A stretch of 64,000 nt of DNA from Minisyncoccia bacterium (lineage in GTDB: Bacteria; Patescibacteriota; Minisyncoccia; 2-02-FULL-40-12; IGHO2-01-FULL-4-A): the NCBI GenBank assembly GCA_050015375.1, contig JBEKBN010000003.1, positions 16,127-80,126 on the forward strand. The letters are read 5' to 3'. The translations under genes and the position numbers were made by a program. Shown here one piece after another: positions 39,533-50,570 of the stretch (positions within the stretch are counted from its first letter, which is position 1; each line of letters opens with the position of its first letter). Under the pieces are notes generated by a model. It saw only the letters and a program-made list of their open reading frames with translations, made no database searches and was not told the origin of the DNA.

Positions 39533-39708
39533 AAAATAAATAATATCTTCCCATCACCACTTGAATCCCCAGCGAGGATTCTGCGTTCCCTTGAAGATTG
39601 TGGATTCTGTCGAGAGAAAAAATGATTATGAAATATTATATCATTTTTTCTCTCGACAGACCGTGCAATCCACAACTTCAAGGGTGCTGGGAAGACATTA
39701 TTTATTTT
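39533..39708 (-). ncRNA. Structured repeat element copy B
   Basis: Near-identical to copy A, with compensatory stem changes. Confidence 0.7.
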
Positions 39709-41009
39709 TTCGCAAAAAAATGCGGGGTTTGGTCACCGACAAACGCTTTCGGCTGGGAAGTTTTTTCAGAAAAATTAGGATTGAGATTGATGGGCGACAT
39801 TTGGCGGAGTTTTCGGACGACTAACGGCAATTTTTTCAAGACATAATCAACATCGGCAATCGTTGTATATTTTCCGAGAGTGAAACGGACACTACCGTGG
39901 GCGAATTCATAAGGCCGGCCGAGGGCCGTCAAAATATGCGACGGCTCCAGCAATTGGGAATTGCAAGCCGAACCGGTGTTGACGATGATATTTTCTTTAT
40001 CCAGATACAAAACTGCCGCTTCGCCTTCAATGTCTAAAATGGAAACATTCAAAAAATTCGGCAGGCGATTTGTCGGATGGCCGTTCAAAATGACTTTCTG
40101 AATTTTGGAGAAAATACCCATGGTCAATCGGTCACGAAGTTTGGCAACTCGGGCGCACTCGGAATCTTTTTCATTGTGAACGAGCCACAGCGCCTCGCCA
40201 AAGCCGACAATACCGGGAACATTTTCAGTGCCGGAACGTACTCCGCTTTGCTGACCGCCGCCGAAAATTATTGGCCGGATCACCGTTCCTCTCCTTATAT
40301 ATAAACCGCCGATGCCCTTGGGTCCGCAAATCTTGTGAGCCGAAAGAGTCAACAAGTCAACGCCCAGTTTTTGAACATCCAGATCAAGATAACCGGCGAT
40401 CTGCGAAGCATCGGTATGAAAATATGGAATTCGTGATTCATGATTCATGATTCGTGATTCTCTGGTAGTTTTTACTAGTTTGGCGATCGGTTGGATCGTG
40501 CCGGTTTCATTATCGGCTGAAGTTATTGAGATCAAAATCGTCTTTTCATCGATCAATTTTGCCAGATCTTCCGGGTAAATTAACCCATCGGGTCTAACCT
40601 TAACTTCGACAATTTCAAAACCTTCTCTGGCAAGCTGTTCCGCGGCGGCAATGATGCCTTTATGCTCAATGTTGGAAATAATTATTTTGTTGCCATATTT
40701 TTTGTTGGCGCGGGCAGTTCCCAGAATCGCCAAATTATCAGCTTCGGTCGCCGAACCGGTGAAAACGAATTCACTTGCCCCCACACTCAAGGATTGAGTG
40801 TGGGGGTGAACCCGGCAATTCAAAACCGCTGAAATTTTATCAAGCGAATCATTGATGGCAATCTTTGAACGGTGGCCGAGAGCGTCAAGGTTGGAAGGAT
40901 TGCCGAAACTCTCGCTGAAGAACGGCATCATCAATTTCAAAACCTCCCGCCTGACCGGCGTCGTCGCGGCGCAGTCGAAATAATGGATGGATTGTCCTTT
41001 TCCCTTCAT
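39702..41009 (-). CDS. iscS: Cysteine desulfurase (IscS/NifS), with two small inserts
   Basis: YFDCAATTP, FGNPS, SAHKICGPKG, TGSAC. Confidence 0.92.
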   Translation of the reverse strand: MKGKGQSIHYFDCAATTPVRREVLKLMMPFFSESFGNPSNLDALGHRSKIAINDSLDKISAVLNCRVHPHTQSLSVGASEFVFTGSATEADNLAILGTARANKKYGNKIIISNIEHKGIIAAAEQLAREGFEIVEVKVRPDGLIYPEDLAKLIDEKTILISITSADNETGTIQPIAKLVKTTRESRIMNHESRIPYFHTDASQIAGYLDLDVQKLGVDLLTLSAHKICGPKGIGGLYIRRGTVIRPIIFGGGQQSGVRSGTENVPGIVGFGEALWLVHNEKDSECARVAKLRDRLTMGIFSKIQKVILNGHPTNRLPNFLNVSILDIEGEAAVLYLDKENIIVNTGSACNSQLLEPSHILTALGRPYEFAHGSVRFTLGKYTTIADVDYVLKKLPLVVRKLRQMSPINLNPNFSEKTSQPKAFVGDQTPHFFAKK

Positions 41010-41050
41010 ATGTCATATAATATATCAGTAAATCAAAGTTATTCAATATA

Positions 41051-42262
41051 ATGGAAAGATTTCCGAATTTCGAAAATTCTCCCAGTAAAGAAACACCCGA
41101 ACAAAAGAACAAGAGATATGCAGGGGGCCAAATAACGGAATCAGAGATTTTTGAGTATCAAAAAAACCCGGACAGTACTCTTTTTGAACACGAGCTGTCA
41201 AAAAAAATGGCATCTGGCGCGGAATACAAAATCAAGTTTCAGGTTAAGAGCCTTACAAAAAACTCGCTTGAAAAAACACTAGAGGGCGTTAGTGATTCGT
41301 GGGACGATGTATCGTTTGAGAACCTAAAGGAAACCCTGAAGCTTTATTTTGAACAAAAAGAATCAGGGATTCCCGGTCTTTTGAACGCGGAGTACTACAT
41401 TGCGGTTGACGGGGATGACATGCCAATAGCGATGACCGGTCTTTATTCTGTCGACATCCAAGGCACATCAGGATTCGCAACAAGGAACGAGCTTGATCCA
41501 AAAAAACATAATATGATTTTAGGCCTCGGCTGGTTCTCGGTCAGTAAAAAAATTGAAAGCCCGGGAATGGGCAAATATCTGCTTGATTGGACCGAAAACT
41601 TAGCGCGAACAAGAGGTGCCAATTTCATGGAGATCGAAACAGATGATTGGGATAATTCAAAAATGGCCGTGGCGCTCTACAGAAGATCGGGTTATCAGGA
41701 GGGCCATCCAGTGAAAGACTATTATGGGGCAGGCCGCGATCTAAATGCCTATTATTTTGATGCCGCAGGAGAACTGGAAAGCGAGCCAGTGGCGCCATCT
41801 GAAATAACCCGACAAGATGTTGGCGATTTGCTTAAAATTGCGGCCAAGATTAATTCCCCGGATCGGGTCGAGGAGTTTAAGGTTTGTCTTGAGCTTTTCT
41901 TGAAACAGCAGGAGGATAAAAGTGCTATTCTTAGTGGAAAATCGCTGGTTCTCCGAGACGCATCGGGCCATCCTGAGAGTTTCGCTATTTATTCGGACGG
42001 CATATATGATAATGAGCTTTTGATCTTTTGGGAGGGCGCCGATCCCGAGAGAGATGGCGCCCGAGAAAGATTGATTTCCAAACTGAAAGAAACCGCAAAA
42101 AGTTGCGACCAAAATGTCGTAGTCATTATGAAGGACAAGGAAGACCCCAAACTTATCAATCTTGGTTTTACATCGGCTGGCCAGGGAATCCCGGGGGTTT
42201 TTGGCAAAGATGATCCAACAAAATTACTCCATTTCATAAAACCATTAAATCCTGTAAAATAA
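41051..42262 (+). CDS. GNAT-family acetyltransferase (two-domain)
   Basis: WFSV..PGMGKYLL..AVALYRRSGY. Confidence 0.75.
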   Translation: MERFPNFENSPSKETPEQKNKRYAGGQITESEIFEYQKNPDSTLFEHELSKKMASGAEYKIKFQVKSLTKNSLEKTLEGVSDSWDDVSFENLKETLKLYFEQKESGIPGLLNAEYYIAVDGDDMPIAMTGLYSVDIQGTSGFATRNELDPKKHNMILGLGWFSVSKKIESPGMGKYLLDWTENLARTRGANFMEIETDDWDNSKMAVALYRRSGYQEGHPVKDYYGAGRDLNAYYFDAAGELESEPVAPSEITRQDVGDLLKIAAKINSPDRVEEFKVCLELFLKQQEDKSAILSGKSLVLRDASGHPESFAIYSDGIYDNELLIFWEGADPERDGARERLISKLKETAKSCDQNVVVIMKDKEDPKLINLGFTSAGQGIPGVFGKDDPTKLLHFIKPLNPVK

Positions 42263-42267
42263 ATACC

Positions 42268-43338
42268 ATGGAAAAGATGCCAACAATTGGAAGCCGAATG
42301 GAAGAGCAAGCATGCAAACATGGCGTTGTGAAGGGCGAATTATGCGATGCATGCGAATTGGAAAAACAACCATCTTGGAACACGATCGAAAATCTCAGAA
42401 AGAAGAGTCATTTCAAGCGTTCGAACGAAGTTTTCCCAAACTGTTTCATTGAGATTGAAAACAAAAAGTTTAAGATTGAAATAATTGAAAACGGCAAAGA
42501 CCCATCGTTAAGCGATGTCCAGGCATTGTTTGAAAATACTTTTGGAAAAGAAGAGGTTGATCCGGAAGAAATTTTGCGTTCAGCGGTTGACGGCATAACT
42601 CCCTGGGAGACGGAAGACACAAAGTACAGAGTAGTTACTATCCGCGATGACGAGGGAAAACTGGTTACGACTGTTGCCGGCGCATCGCTGGATCTATTTG
42701 ATGAAAAAGGTGAACCAACTGGCGAATGTGCCTACTATGTCGGTTACGCCGTAACAGATCCCAATACTAGACAGGGCGGACTGGCTCGAGAGGCCTACAT
42801 TTCTGCTCTCTTGGATGTTGCCAGAGAAGCTCAGAAAAAAAATAAAGTTCTGAAGTTTGCCGTTGGCGAGTGTACTTACACTTCAGAAAAATTTTGGAAC
42901 AATGTCGGATGGAAGCGGGTTTATGCCCAAACAGGCGATAAGCGGGAATATACTGAGCTGAAATATATTCAACCCGCCCTGGAATTCGATGAGGATACCG
43001 GCGAGATTGCTGAAGGATCAGGCGAAGCACCCGAACACCTTATGATTGATGCTTTCGGACCCAAAACTCCCGGGAAAGAGGATGTCATGAGAGCGTATGA
43101 ATCGCTAATCTATTTTTGTAATGATTGGCCGCGCGAAGCCTTCAATAATGATCGAGCCGAAAAAAAGAAGACGGAATATCTGAACGGAATTAAAACAAAT
43201 TTTAAAGATTTTATGGATTCTAATGGCCAGCTGATCTATCTTGATGCCGATAACCGTGAAAAAGCGGTTAAGGAAGGTGTGGCCGTTATCGGATACACCG
43301 AAGCTGACCGCGGACAAGCCGGCGAAGAAGATTTCTAA
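42268..43338 (+). CDS. GNAT-like protein
   Basis: YAVTDPNTRQGGLA..EKFWNNVGW. Confidence 0.65.
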   Translation: MEKMPTIGSRMEEQACKHGVVKGELCDACELEKQPSWNTIENLRKKSHFKRSNEVFPNCFIEIENKKFKIEIIENGKDPSLSDVQALFENTFGKEEVDPEEILRSAVDGITPWETEDTKYRVVTIRDDEGKLVTTVAGASLDLFDEKGEPTGECAYYVGYAVTDPNTRQGGLAREAYISALLDVAREAQKKNKVLKFAVGECTYTSEKFWNNVGWKRVYAQTGDKREYTELKYIQPALEFDEDTGEIAEGSGEAPEHLMIDAFGPKTPGKEDVMRAYESLIYFCNDWPREAFNNDRAEKKKTEYLNGIKTNFKDFMDSNGQLIYLDADNREKAVKEGVAVIGYTEADRGQAGEEDF

Positions 43339-43568
43339 AATATTCTAAACAAAAATCCGTGTTCGAGCACGGATTTTTGTTTAGACGCGGTATCCTTAAT
43401 CATAACTTCAAGATAATATTATAACTTCCGTAAAGTTATCCACTTTTTTGTTAAAAAATATTTTTTAAGTGGTATAATTAAAGTATAAAATAATTCCTAA
43501 TAAATATTTTTCTAAACAAAAATTAATTTCTTGAAAAATCGGCAAAGAATTTTTTAAGAAAATATAGA

Positions 43569-44792
43569 TTGAAAAAATTTGACTATTTAATTCTCGGTGC
43601 GAGCGGAATGCAAGGCAGAATAGTCGCCCGAGATCTTCTAGAAAAAGGCAATGAGGTCTTATTGACCGATATCTACAAGGAAAACTCGCGGAAAAATTTG
43701 AAAATATTTCCAAGAGCAGCTTTTAGGTATCTGGATGTCCGGGAATTTCGCCGAATGATAGATCTGATCCGTGAGTCCGGAACAGACATCGTCATCAATT
43801 GCGCCGAATCGGACTGGAATCTTAGTGTTCACCGAGCTTGTCTGATCGCGGGCGTTCACGTGGTTGATATGGATTCCGACGTTGCCACGACCGAAAAACA
43901 ACTGGCCCTGGACGGCCAATTCAAGAAAAAAGGACTGACGGCGATCACCGGTTGCGGTTCAACTCCGGGCATCAACAATCTGATGCTGAATCACGCCGCC
44001 CAGTTTTTTGATACTCTGGAATCTGTCAATGCCGGTTTTGTCTGGGATTCAAACATGGATATTTTTGTCGCTCCGTTCTCGATCCCGAGCATCGTTTGGG
44101 AATTTACCCATCCGGCGACCGTCATTGAAAACGGAATTGTCCGCTTCAAGAAACCGCTGTCCGAAACGATCACGGTTGATCTGAGGGTGGTCGGCCGTCA
44201 GACCGGCTATCTTGTGGAACACGCCGAGGTCGCCACCTTCAATCATTATTTCAAAAACAAAGGTCTGAAAAATATTCATTTTTACGCCGGCTTTCCGAAA
44301 TACTCCGCCGATGTTTTTGAAAAATTAATTTATCTTGGATTGGCGAAAAGTGAAAAGATTGCCGTTGACGGAGGATTAAAAGTTTCTCCTCTTGATCTGG
44401 TGACCCAAGTCATCAAACGAATTGACTATCCGGAAAATTATTTTGAAAAAGAAAATCTTTGGGTGGAAATCATTGGCAAAAAAGACGGCCAGCCAAAAAA
44501 AATTCTCATGGAATGCATTGTGCCGCCGCTGGAGGGTTGGGAAGACGCCGGTTGCAATATTGATACCGGTTTTCCCGCTTCCATCATCGCCCAAATGATA
44601 AAAGACGGGCGGATCTCGGAACGGGGCAGTTTTTCGCCCGAGGCCGGCATCGTGCCTGAAGAAGATTTTTTCCGCGAACTTCGCTTGAAAGGCATGACCG
44701 TTTATCGGGGCGGCATCGCTATAAATTTGTTGAAGAACGAGATCACCATGCCCAAGCGAGCAAAGACCGAGCGAGTGGAGACGTATATTTAG
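43569..44792 (+). CDS. Saccharopine dehydrogenase-like oxidoreductase
   Basis: LGASGMQG, GCGSTPGINN, HAEVAT. Confidence 0.85.
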   Translation: MKKFDYLILGASGMQGRIVARDLLEKGNEVLLTDIYKENSRKNLKIFPRAAFRYLDVREFRRMIDLIRESGTDIVINCAESDWNLSVHRACLIAGVHVVDMDSDVATTEKQLALDGQFKKKGLTAITGCGSTPGINNLMLNHAAQFFDTLESVNAGFVWDSNMDIFVAPFSIPSIVWEFTHPATVIENGIVRFKKPLSETITVDLRVVGRQTGYLVEHAEVATFNHYFKNKGLKNIHFYAGFPKYSADVFEKLIYLGLAKSEKIAVDGGLKVSPLDLVTQVIKRIDYPENYFEKENLWVEIIGKKDGQPKKILMECIVPPLEGWEDAGCNIDTGFPASIIAQMIKDGRISERGSFSPEAGIVPEEDFFRELRLKGMTVYRGGIAINLLKNEITMPKRAKTERVETYI

Positions 44793-44793
44793 A

Positions 44794-45138
44794 ATGGATA
44801 AGACAATAGAAATGATTACCTACGACGATTTCGCCAAAGTTGAACTCAAAATCGCCAAAGTATCGGAAGCCGAGAGAATTGAAGGTTCAGAAAAACTATT
44901 GAAATTGCAAATTGACATCGGCGAACCGGAGAAGCGCCAGATCATTGCCGGCATCGGCAAGATTTATTCGCCGGAAGAACTTATCGGCAAAGAAATCGTC
45001 ATTGTCGCCAACTTGGAACCCAAGTCATTGATGGGTTTGGAAAGCAGTGGTATGCTTTTGGCGGCGACAGACGGCGAAGGCCGACCGATATTGCTTACGC
45101 CTGACAAAGAAATCGCGCCCGGAAGCAAGATCAAGTGA
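44794..45138 (+). CDS. tRNA-binding OB-fold protein (MetG C-terminal/Trbp111/CsaA-like)
   Basis: ITYDDFAKVELK, RQIIAGI, ANLEPK, ESSGMLL. Confidence 0.9.
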   Translation: MDKTIEMITYDDFAKVELKIAKVSEAERIEGSEKLLKLQIDIGEPEKRQIIAGIGKIYSPEELIGKEIVIVANLEPKSLMGLESSGMLLAATDGEGRPILLTPDKEIAPGSKIK

Positions 45139-45213
45139 TTAAAAAATATCGGAAAAATTAAAGTTTCAAAAACCTTGTTGTTCTTGAAACGTTGAAATTT
45201 ATCCGAAAGTATC

Positions 45214-45462
45214 ATGCAAGGTTATCCTAATTTTGTCGGTGTTCCCGGATACGGCTGGAATGCGCCGGCGTGGGTTGGCTGGCTTGTCGCGGTCGTTGTC
45301 ATCTGGTCGATAATTTGGAAGGGGATCGCTTTGTGGAAAGCGGCCGAAAAAAGAAGCAAGCCGTGGTTCATCATTTTACTTTTGGTCAACACCATCGGTA
45401 TTTTGGATATAATCTACATTTACGCCGTCAGCAAGAAATCGAAAGGGCAGGCGCAAGTTTAG
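45214..45462 (+). CDS. DUF5652-like small membrane protein
   Basis: WKGIALWKAA..WFIILL.VNTIGIL. Confidence 0.8.
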   Translation: MQGYPNFVGVPGYGWNAPAWVGWLVAVVVIWSIIWKGIALWKAAEKRSKPWFIILLLVNTIGILDIIYIYAVSKKSKGQAQV

Positions 45463-45469
45463 CCCTCGC

Positions 45470-45701
45470 GCCATTTCCGAAATTCCAATTTTAATCTTCA
45501 GCTAGCTTCGGTGATCGCCTCTCTGATCACCACTCCAAAACCCAGCGAGTTTTGTTCGTTCCGTCAAAATTGTGGATTCAGCTTTTGGTTTGGCAGAACA
45601 TTATACCAAAAGCTGACCGTGCAATCACACAATTTTGACGGTGCTCCGAGAGGCGATCACCTCGCTTAATCGCCGGAATATTATTGAAGTTCGGAAATAG
45701 C
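45470..45701 (-). ncRNA. Structured repeat element copy C (long form)
   Basis: Same loop motifs as A and B with different stems, plus an extra outer stem gccatttccgaa/ttcggaaatagc. Confidence 0.7.
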
Positions 45702-45806
45702 TCAAATTGATTGTCAGGTACTTATCTGCGCGGTCGCTCGAAGAGGGTTGGCTTGCTCACCATCTCCCAATTTGTAAAATCCGCCAGCGGATGATTAAAT
45801 TGAGGT

Positions 45807-46478
45807 ATGAACATAAACGAAATATATCTGAAAATTGTTGCTCTGAACAAGGGTAAAATCACCGTTGCAATTGATGGCTATATTGGTTCGGGGAAAACAT
45901 TTATCGCGAATCAAATCATCAAAGATCATGAAAACGAGATTGTCTTGATTCACGGAGATGATTTTCTAGTTTCCGGCGCAGGAAGGAAAACCGCACTTGA
46001 AAAATATGGTCCGGATTTGGCGATGTCGGTATATGGAAATCGCTGGCAAGAAATTAGGCGTTTAGTGAAAGCATTCAAAAGAGGAGAAAATGAATTTAAA
46101 TTCAAGGGATTCGATCATGAGTCGGGTGAATGTAATATTGAGATGAGTTATAATTTCACGGGCAAGAAAATTTTAATTGCCGAAGGCGTATTTTTAATTC
46201 ACCCAAAAACAATTACCGATATTTGGGATTATAAAATTTATGTAAAAGGGGATATCGAGAAAATAGACAAACGGAGAATTGAAAGAGAAAAAGCCCGCTG
46301 GGGTGAAAAATATTTCCCCGAAACTCGCCCCGATTCCCACATGGGCATGGCCGTCCGCGCCTACAAAAAATTTATTGAGGAATACAATCCAGAACATCTC
46401 GCTGATTTGGTAATAGATAATTCCAATAAATTATGTCTTCGCGTAATTAATAAACTATTTGAAAACAAGAGTTTTTGA
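45807..46478 (+). CDS. Uridine kinase-like P-loop protein
   Basis: AIDGYIGSGKT, HGDDF, IAEGVFL. Confidence 0.8.
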   Translation: MNINEIYLKIVALNKGKITVAIDGYIGSGKTFIANQIIKDHENEIVLIHGDDFLVSGAGRKTALEKYGPDLAMSVYGNRWQEIRRLVKAFKRGENEFKFKGFDHESGECNIEMSYNFTGKKILIAEGVFLIHPKTITDIWDYKIYVKGDIEKIDKRRIEREKARWGEKYFPETRPDSHMGMAVRAYKKFIEEYNPEHLADLVIDNSNKLCLRVINKLFENKSF

Positions 46479-46592
46479 GGGCTTGACGGCTGGTATTGAG
46501 GTTTGGTATAATGGAGGCATAGGTAAATTGAGCATCGTGCTTGCGAGCCATGAGTAGCGGAAGTTCTTTTAACTAGTTTACGGAGGAAAACT

Positions 46593-47030
46593 ATGCCGGA
46601 TTTGGAGAAAGAAGATTTGGATGCCTGGCTGGAAGCCATGAACGAAATGACAATTACTCGAGTGGAGATGTTGGGATTTTCGTCGAGTGCCATGACTCTT
46701 TCTCGAGCTGGTTTTTGCAGGATGGTGTCGAAAAACACCAAGTTTTGCGATGACCTCGAACTGCGAACACGAGTCCTCGAGTTGCTCGCCGATGAGGATG
46801 TCGATGTCAGAGCGGCAGCTTGTCAGACCGTTCTAGATCTAAATTTGGATGCTTCCGGTTACTGGGTGAGAATTCACAAGGACGAGACGCGAGACTGCAT
46901 CCGACCCAGTCGCATGTGGCAATTGGTATATAATCCTACCCTCACAGCCGAAGAAGAGAGGGCGCATATCAAATCATGTCGCTATTGCAAACGGTCTCTA
47001 AAATTCATGGAGGACGAGAAAACCACTTAA
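46593..47030 (+). CDS. Hypothetical protein with C-terminal HxxxCxxC motif
   Basis: GGAGG RBS, TTGACG/TATAAT promoter-like boxes, HIKSCRYC. Confidence 0.65.
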   Translation: MPDLEKEDLDAWLEAMNEMTITRVEMLGFSSSAMTLSRAGFCRMVSKNTKFCDDLELRTRVLELLADEDVDVRAAACQTVLDLNLDASGYWVRIHKDETRDCIRPSRMWQLVYNPTLTAEEERAHIKSCRYCKRSLKFMEDEKTT

Positions 47031-47159
47031 GTCTGACAGTTTTTGTCCCCGTTGATCTGTGATTCAAAGGAGAACCCAAGGGGAGCAGAACCTCAGCCGA
47101 TCTAGCAAGGGTCGGCTTTTTGTTTGGAAGAAAATAATCGTCCGAAACGGATTAGTATT

Positions 47160-47410
47160 GAATCTTGAAACCTCAATAATTAATCAGCAACTAAGCGAGG
47201 CGATCGCGCCTCCAAGCAGTTCCAAAATTGAGAGCCGGCAAGGTCGGCTCAAGTGGCATAATGGTTGCCCGAAGGGCAACCCACCACGAGCCGCGTCTCC
47301 AATTTTGAAACAACGAGGCGAATCGCTGGTGAGCCGAGTGGTGACCAGAGGTACAATTGCCGAAGCTGGCAGAAATTAAAAATGGAATTTCAGAAATGAG
47401 ACGAGGCGAG
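47160..47410 (+). ncRNA. Structured repeat element copy D (long form, inverted relative to C)
   Basis: aagcgagg..agca..caaaattg..gcaaggt..ataat..caattttg..aacga..tcgctgg..agtggtga..gaagct..ttaaaa.tggaatttc.gaaatg, collinear with the reverse complement of C. Confidence 0.65.
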
Positions 47411-47412
47411 CA

Positions 47413-48729
47413 TTATTTGCTGGTGACCAACTCATTGACCGCGTTGACCAGTGCGGGATAATTGAAATAAGCCAAAAGTTGTTTTTGCCAGTCCTTGTCA
47501 TTGATGTTGACGTCCGGATCCACGCCTCGGCCTTCGATGGGTAGGCCGTCGTCACGAAGAGTGATGCTGTTAACCAGAAACACTGAATATTTGTCGGTGT
47601 CGGTGAGCTGATTTTGAAGCGGCATATCCTGCTCGACCGTGCCCCAGCCCTTGGTCGTCGTGCCGACCAAAACCCCGACATGATATTTTTTCAATGTCGC
47701 CGCCATGACTTCGGCCGACGACTGGTCCTGATTGTTAATCAAGATGACGACTTTTTTGTATCTAACCAAACTGTCGAACCAGCCATACTGGGTTTTATAC
47801 GGCGTAGTGTTGCCCTGATGAAAAAAATCATAAGCATAATTATTCGGCCCGATGAACGGCCCCAAAAAATATTGCAAGATATCAATGTCTCCGCCGATGT
47901 TGCCCCGCAAATCAAAGATGAGCGAAGTCGGTCCGTTCTTTTCGTTCGGGTCTATCTTGTCGGCGGCTTTTTTCAATTCATCGAACGATTGCGGAGAAAA
48001 TTTGGATAATTTTATGTAATAAATATCGGGGCTGATCAATTTTGAAGTAACCGTTGGCTCGACGCCGGTCGCATCATAAATTATCTTGCTGTCCGTCGTT
48101 GAAAGAGCGTCATAAGCGCGCTGAACCGTCGCTAACTGCTGTTGGGCTGCTGCTGATTTATCGGTTTTCAATTCCTGTTCTTTTTTGGTGTAAGCGGTTT
48201 TGATGTCTTGGGTGGTGGCGTCCTTTGTTACGCCCAAAGCCGAATACAGGTCAGTATTCGGGTCTTTGTTTTGAACCGTGTTGGTCAGAGCTTGGGTCTG
48301 CTTCTCATTGTATAGCCGGCTCCGGCCGAATGGTTTCAAATTTGCCAAAACAATATCGGCTAACTGGGTCACAAACCCGACTTTTTTATCGTCTGGTTTA
48401 TCTTTGATGATTTGCTCGATAAGATTGCCGACATCGTCACGGGACTTTGGATCGAAAGAGGCCGAAGCGGTTACGATCTTTTGAGCGCCAAGTTTGTATA
48501 GATTCGCAAGGTCAGAATCCGAAATTTTGTCCCAGTAATTTTGTTTTATCTTATCCCAGACCTCAAAAGAAAAAGCCAGATATTTATCAGGTGTAGGCGT
48601 CGGTGAAACAGCGACCGCCTGATGGCGGAAGAATTTTTTACTGAGAGAAGAAGATGAATAGGTCAAACCCCCGACAATTACTACGCCGATCAACAATGCT
48701 AAAAATATGCTTTTCTTTGATAACTTCAT
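47413..48729 (-). CDS. S41 (CtpA-like) peptidase with internal J-like domain
   Basis: DLRGNIGG, SSAEVMA, IEGRGVDPD; DLYSALGV.KDAT..DIKTAY. Confidence 0.8.
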   Translation of the reverse strand: MKLSKKSIFLALLIGVVIVGGLTYSSSSLSKKFFRHQAVAVSPTPTPDKYLAFSFEVWDKIKQNYWDKISDSDLANLYKLGAQKIVTASASFDPKSRDDVGNLIEQIIKDKPDDKKVGFVTQLADIVLANLKPFGRSRLYNEKQTQALTNTVQNKDPNTDLYSALGVTKDATTQDIKTAYTKKEQELKTDKSAAAQQQLATVQRAYDALSTTDSKIIYDATGVEPTVTSKLISPDIYYIKLSKFSPQSFDELKKAADKIDPNEKNGPTSLIFDLRGNIGGDIDILQYFLGPFIGPNNYAYDFFHQGNTTPYKTQYGWFDSLVRYKKVVILINNQDQSSAEVMAATLKKYHVGVLVGTTTKGWGTVEQDMPLQNQLTDTDKYSVFLVNSITLRDDGLPIEGRGVDPDVNINDKDWQKQLLAYFNYPALVNAVNELVTSK

Positions 48730-48798
48730 GATAATATTTTTTTGCGACTAATTCAGTATATAAGAATTTTCGGAATGGTGAAGGGGATAAAGATTTTT

Positions 48799-48832
48799 GA
48801 GGGCCGCCCTCAAGCACTTGAGGGCGGCCCTC
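48799..48832. repeat. Palindrome in a divergent promoter region
   Basis: gagggccgccctcaag ca cttgagggcggccctc, just upstream of tgttataat. Confidence 0.7.
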
Positions 48833-48855
48833 GCCTATGTTATAATATTCACGTC

Positions 48856-50531
<1,676 letters not shown>

Positions 50532-50570
50532 ATTTGCAAAAGACGATTTTTCATGTTAGATTAAATTACC

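Noticed and set aside
43350-43560. Replication origin
   Set aside because: AT-rich with one DnaA-box-like ttatccac only; no box cluster and no dnaA.
47059-47379. 106-aa ORF (likewise 39561..39824 and 56075..56428)
   Set aside because: These overlie structured non-coding elements or tRNAs and have no protein-like features.
47160-47410. tmRNA, RNase P, SRP or 6S RNA
   Set aside because: Lacks their hallmark motifs and instead aligns with repeat copy C.
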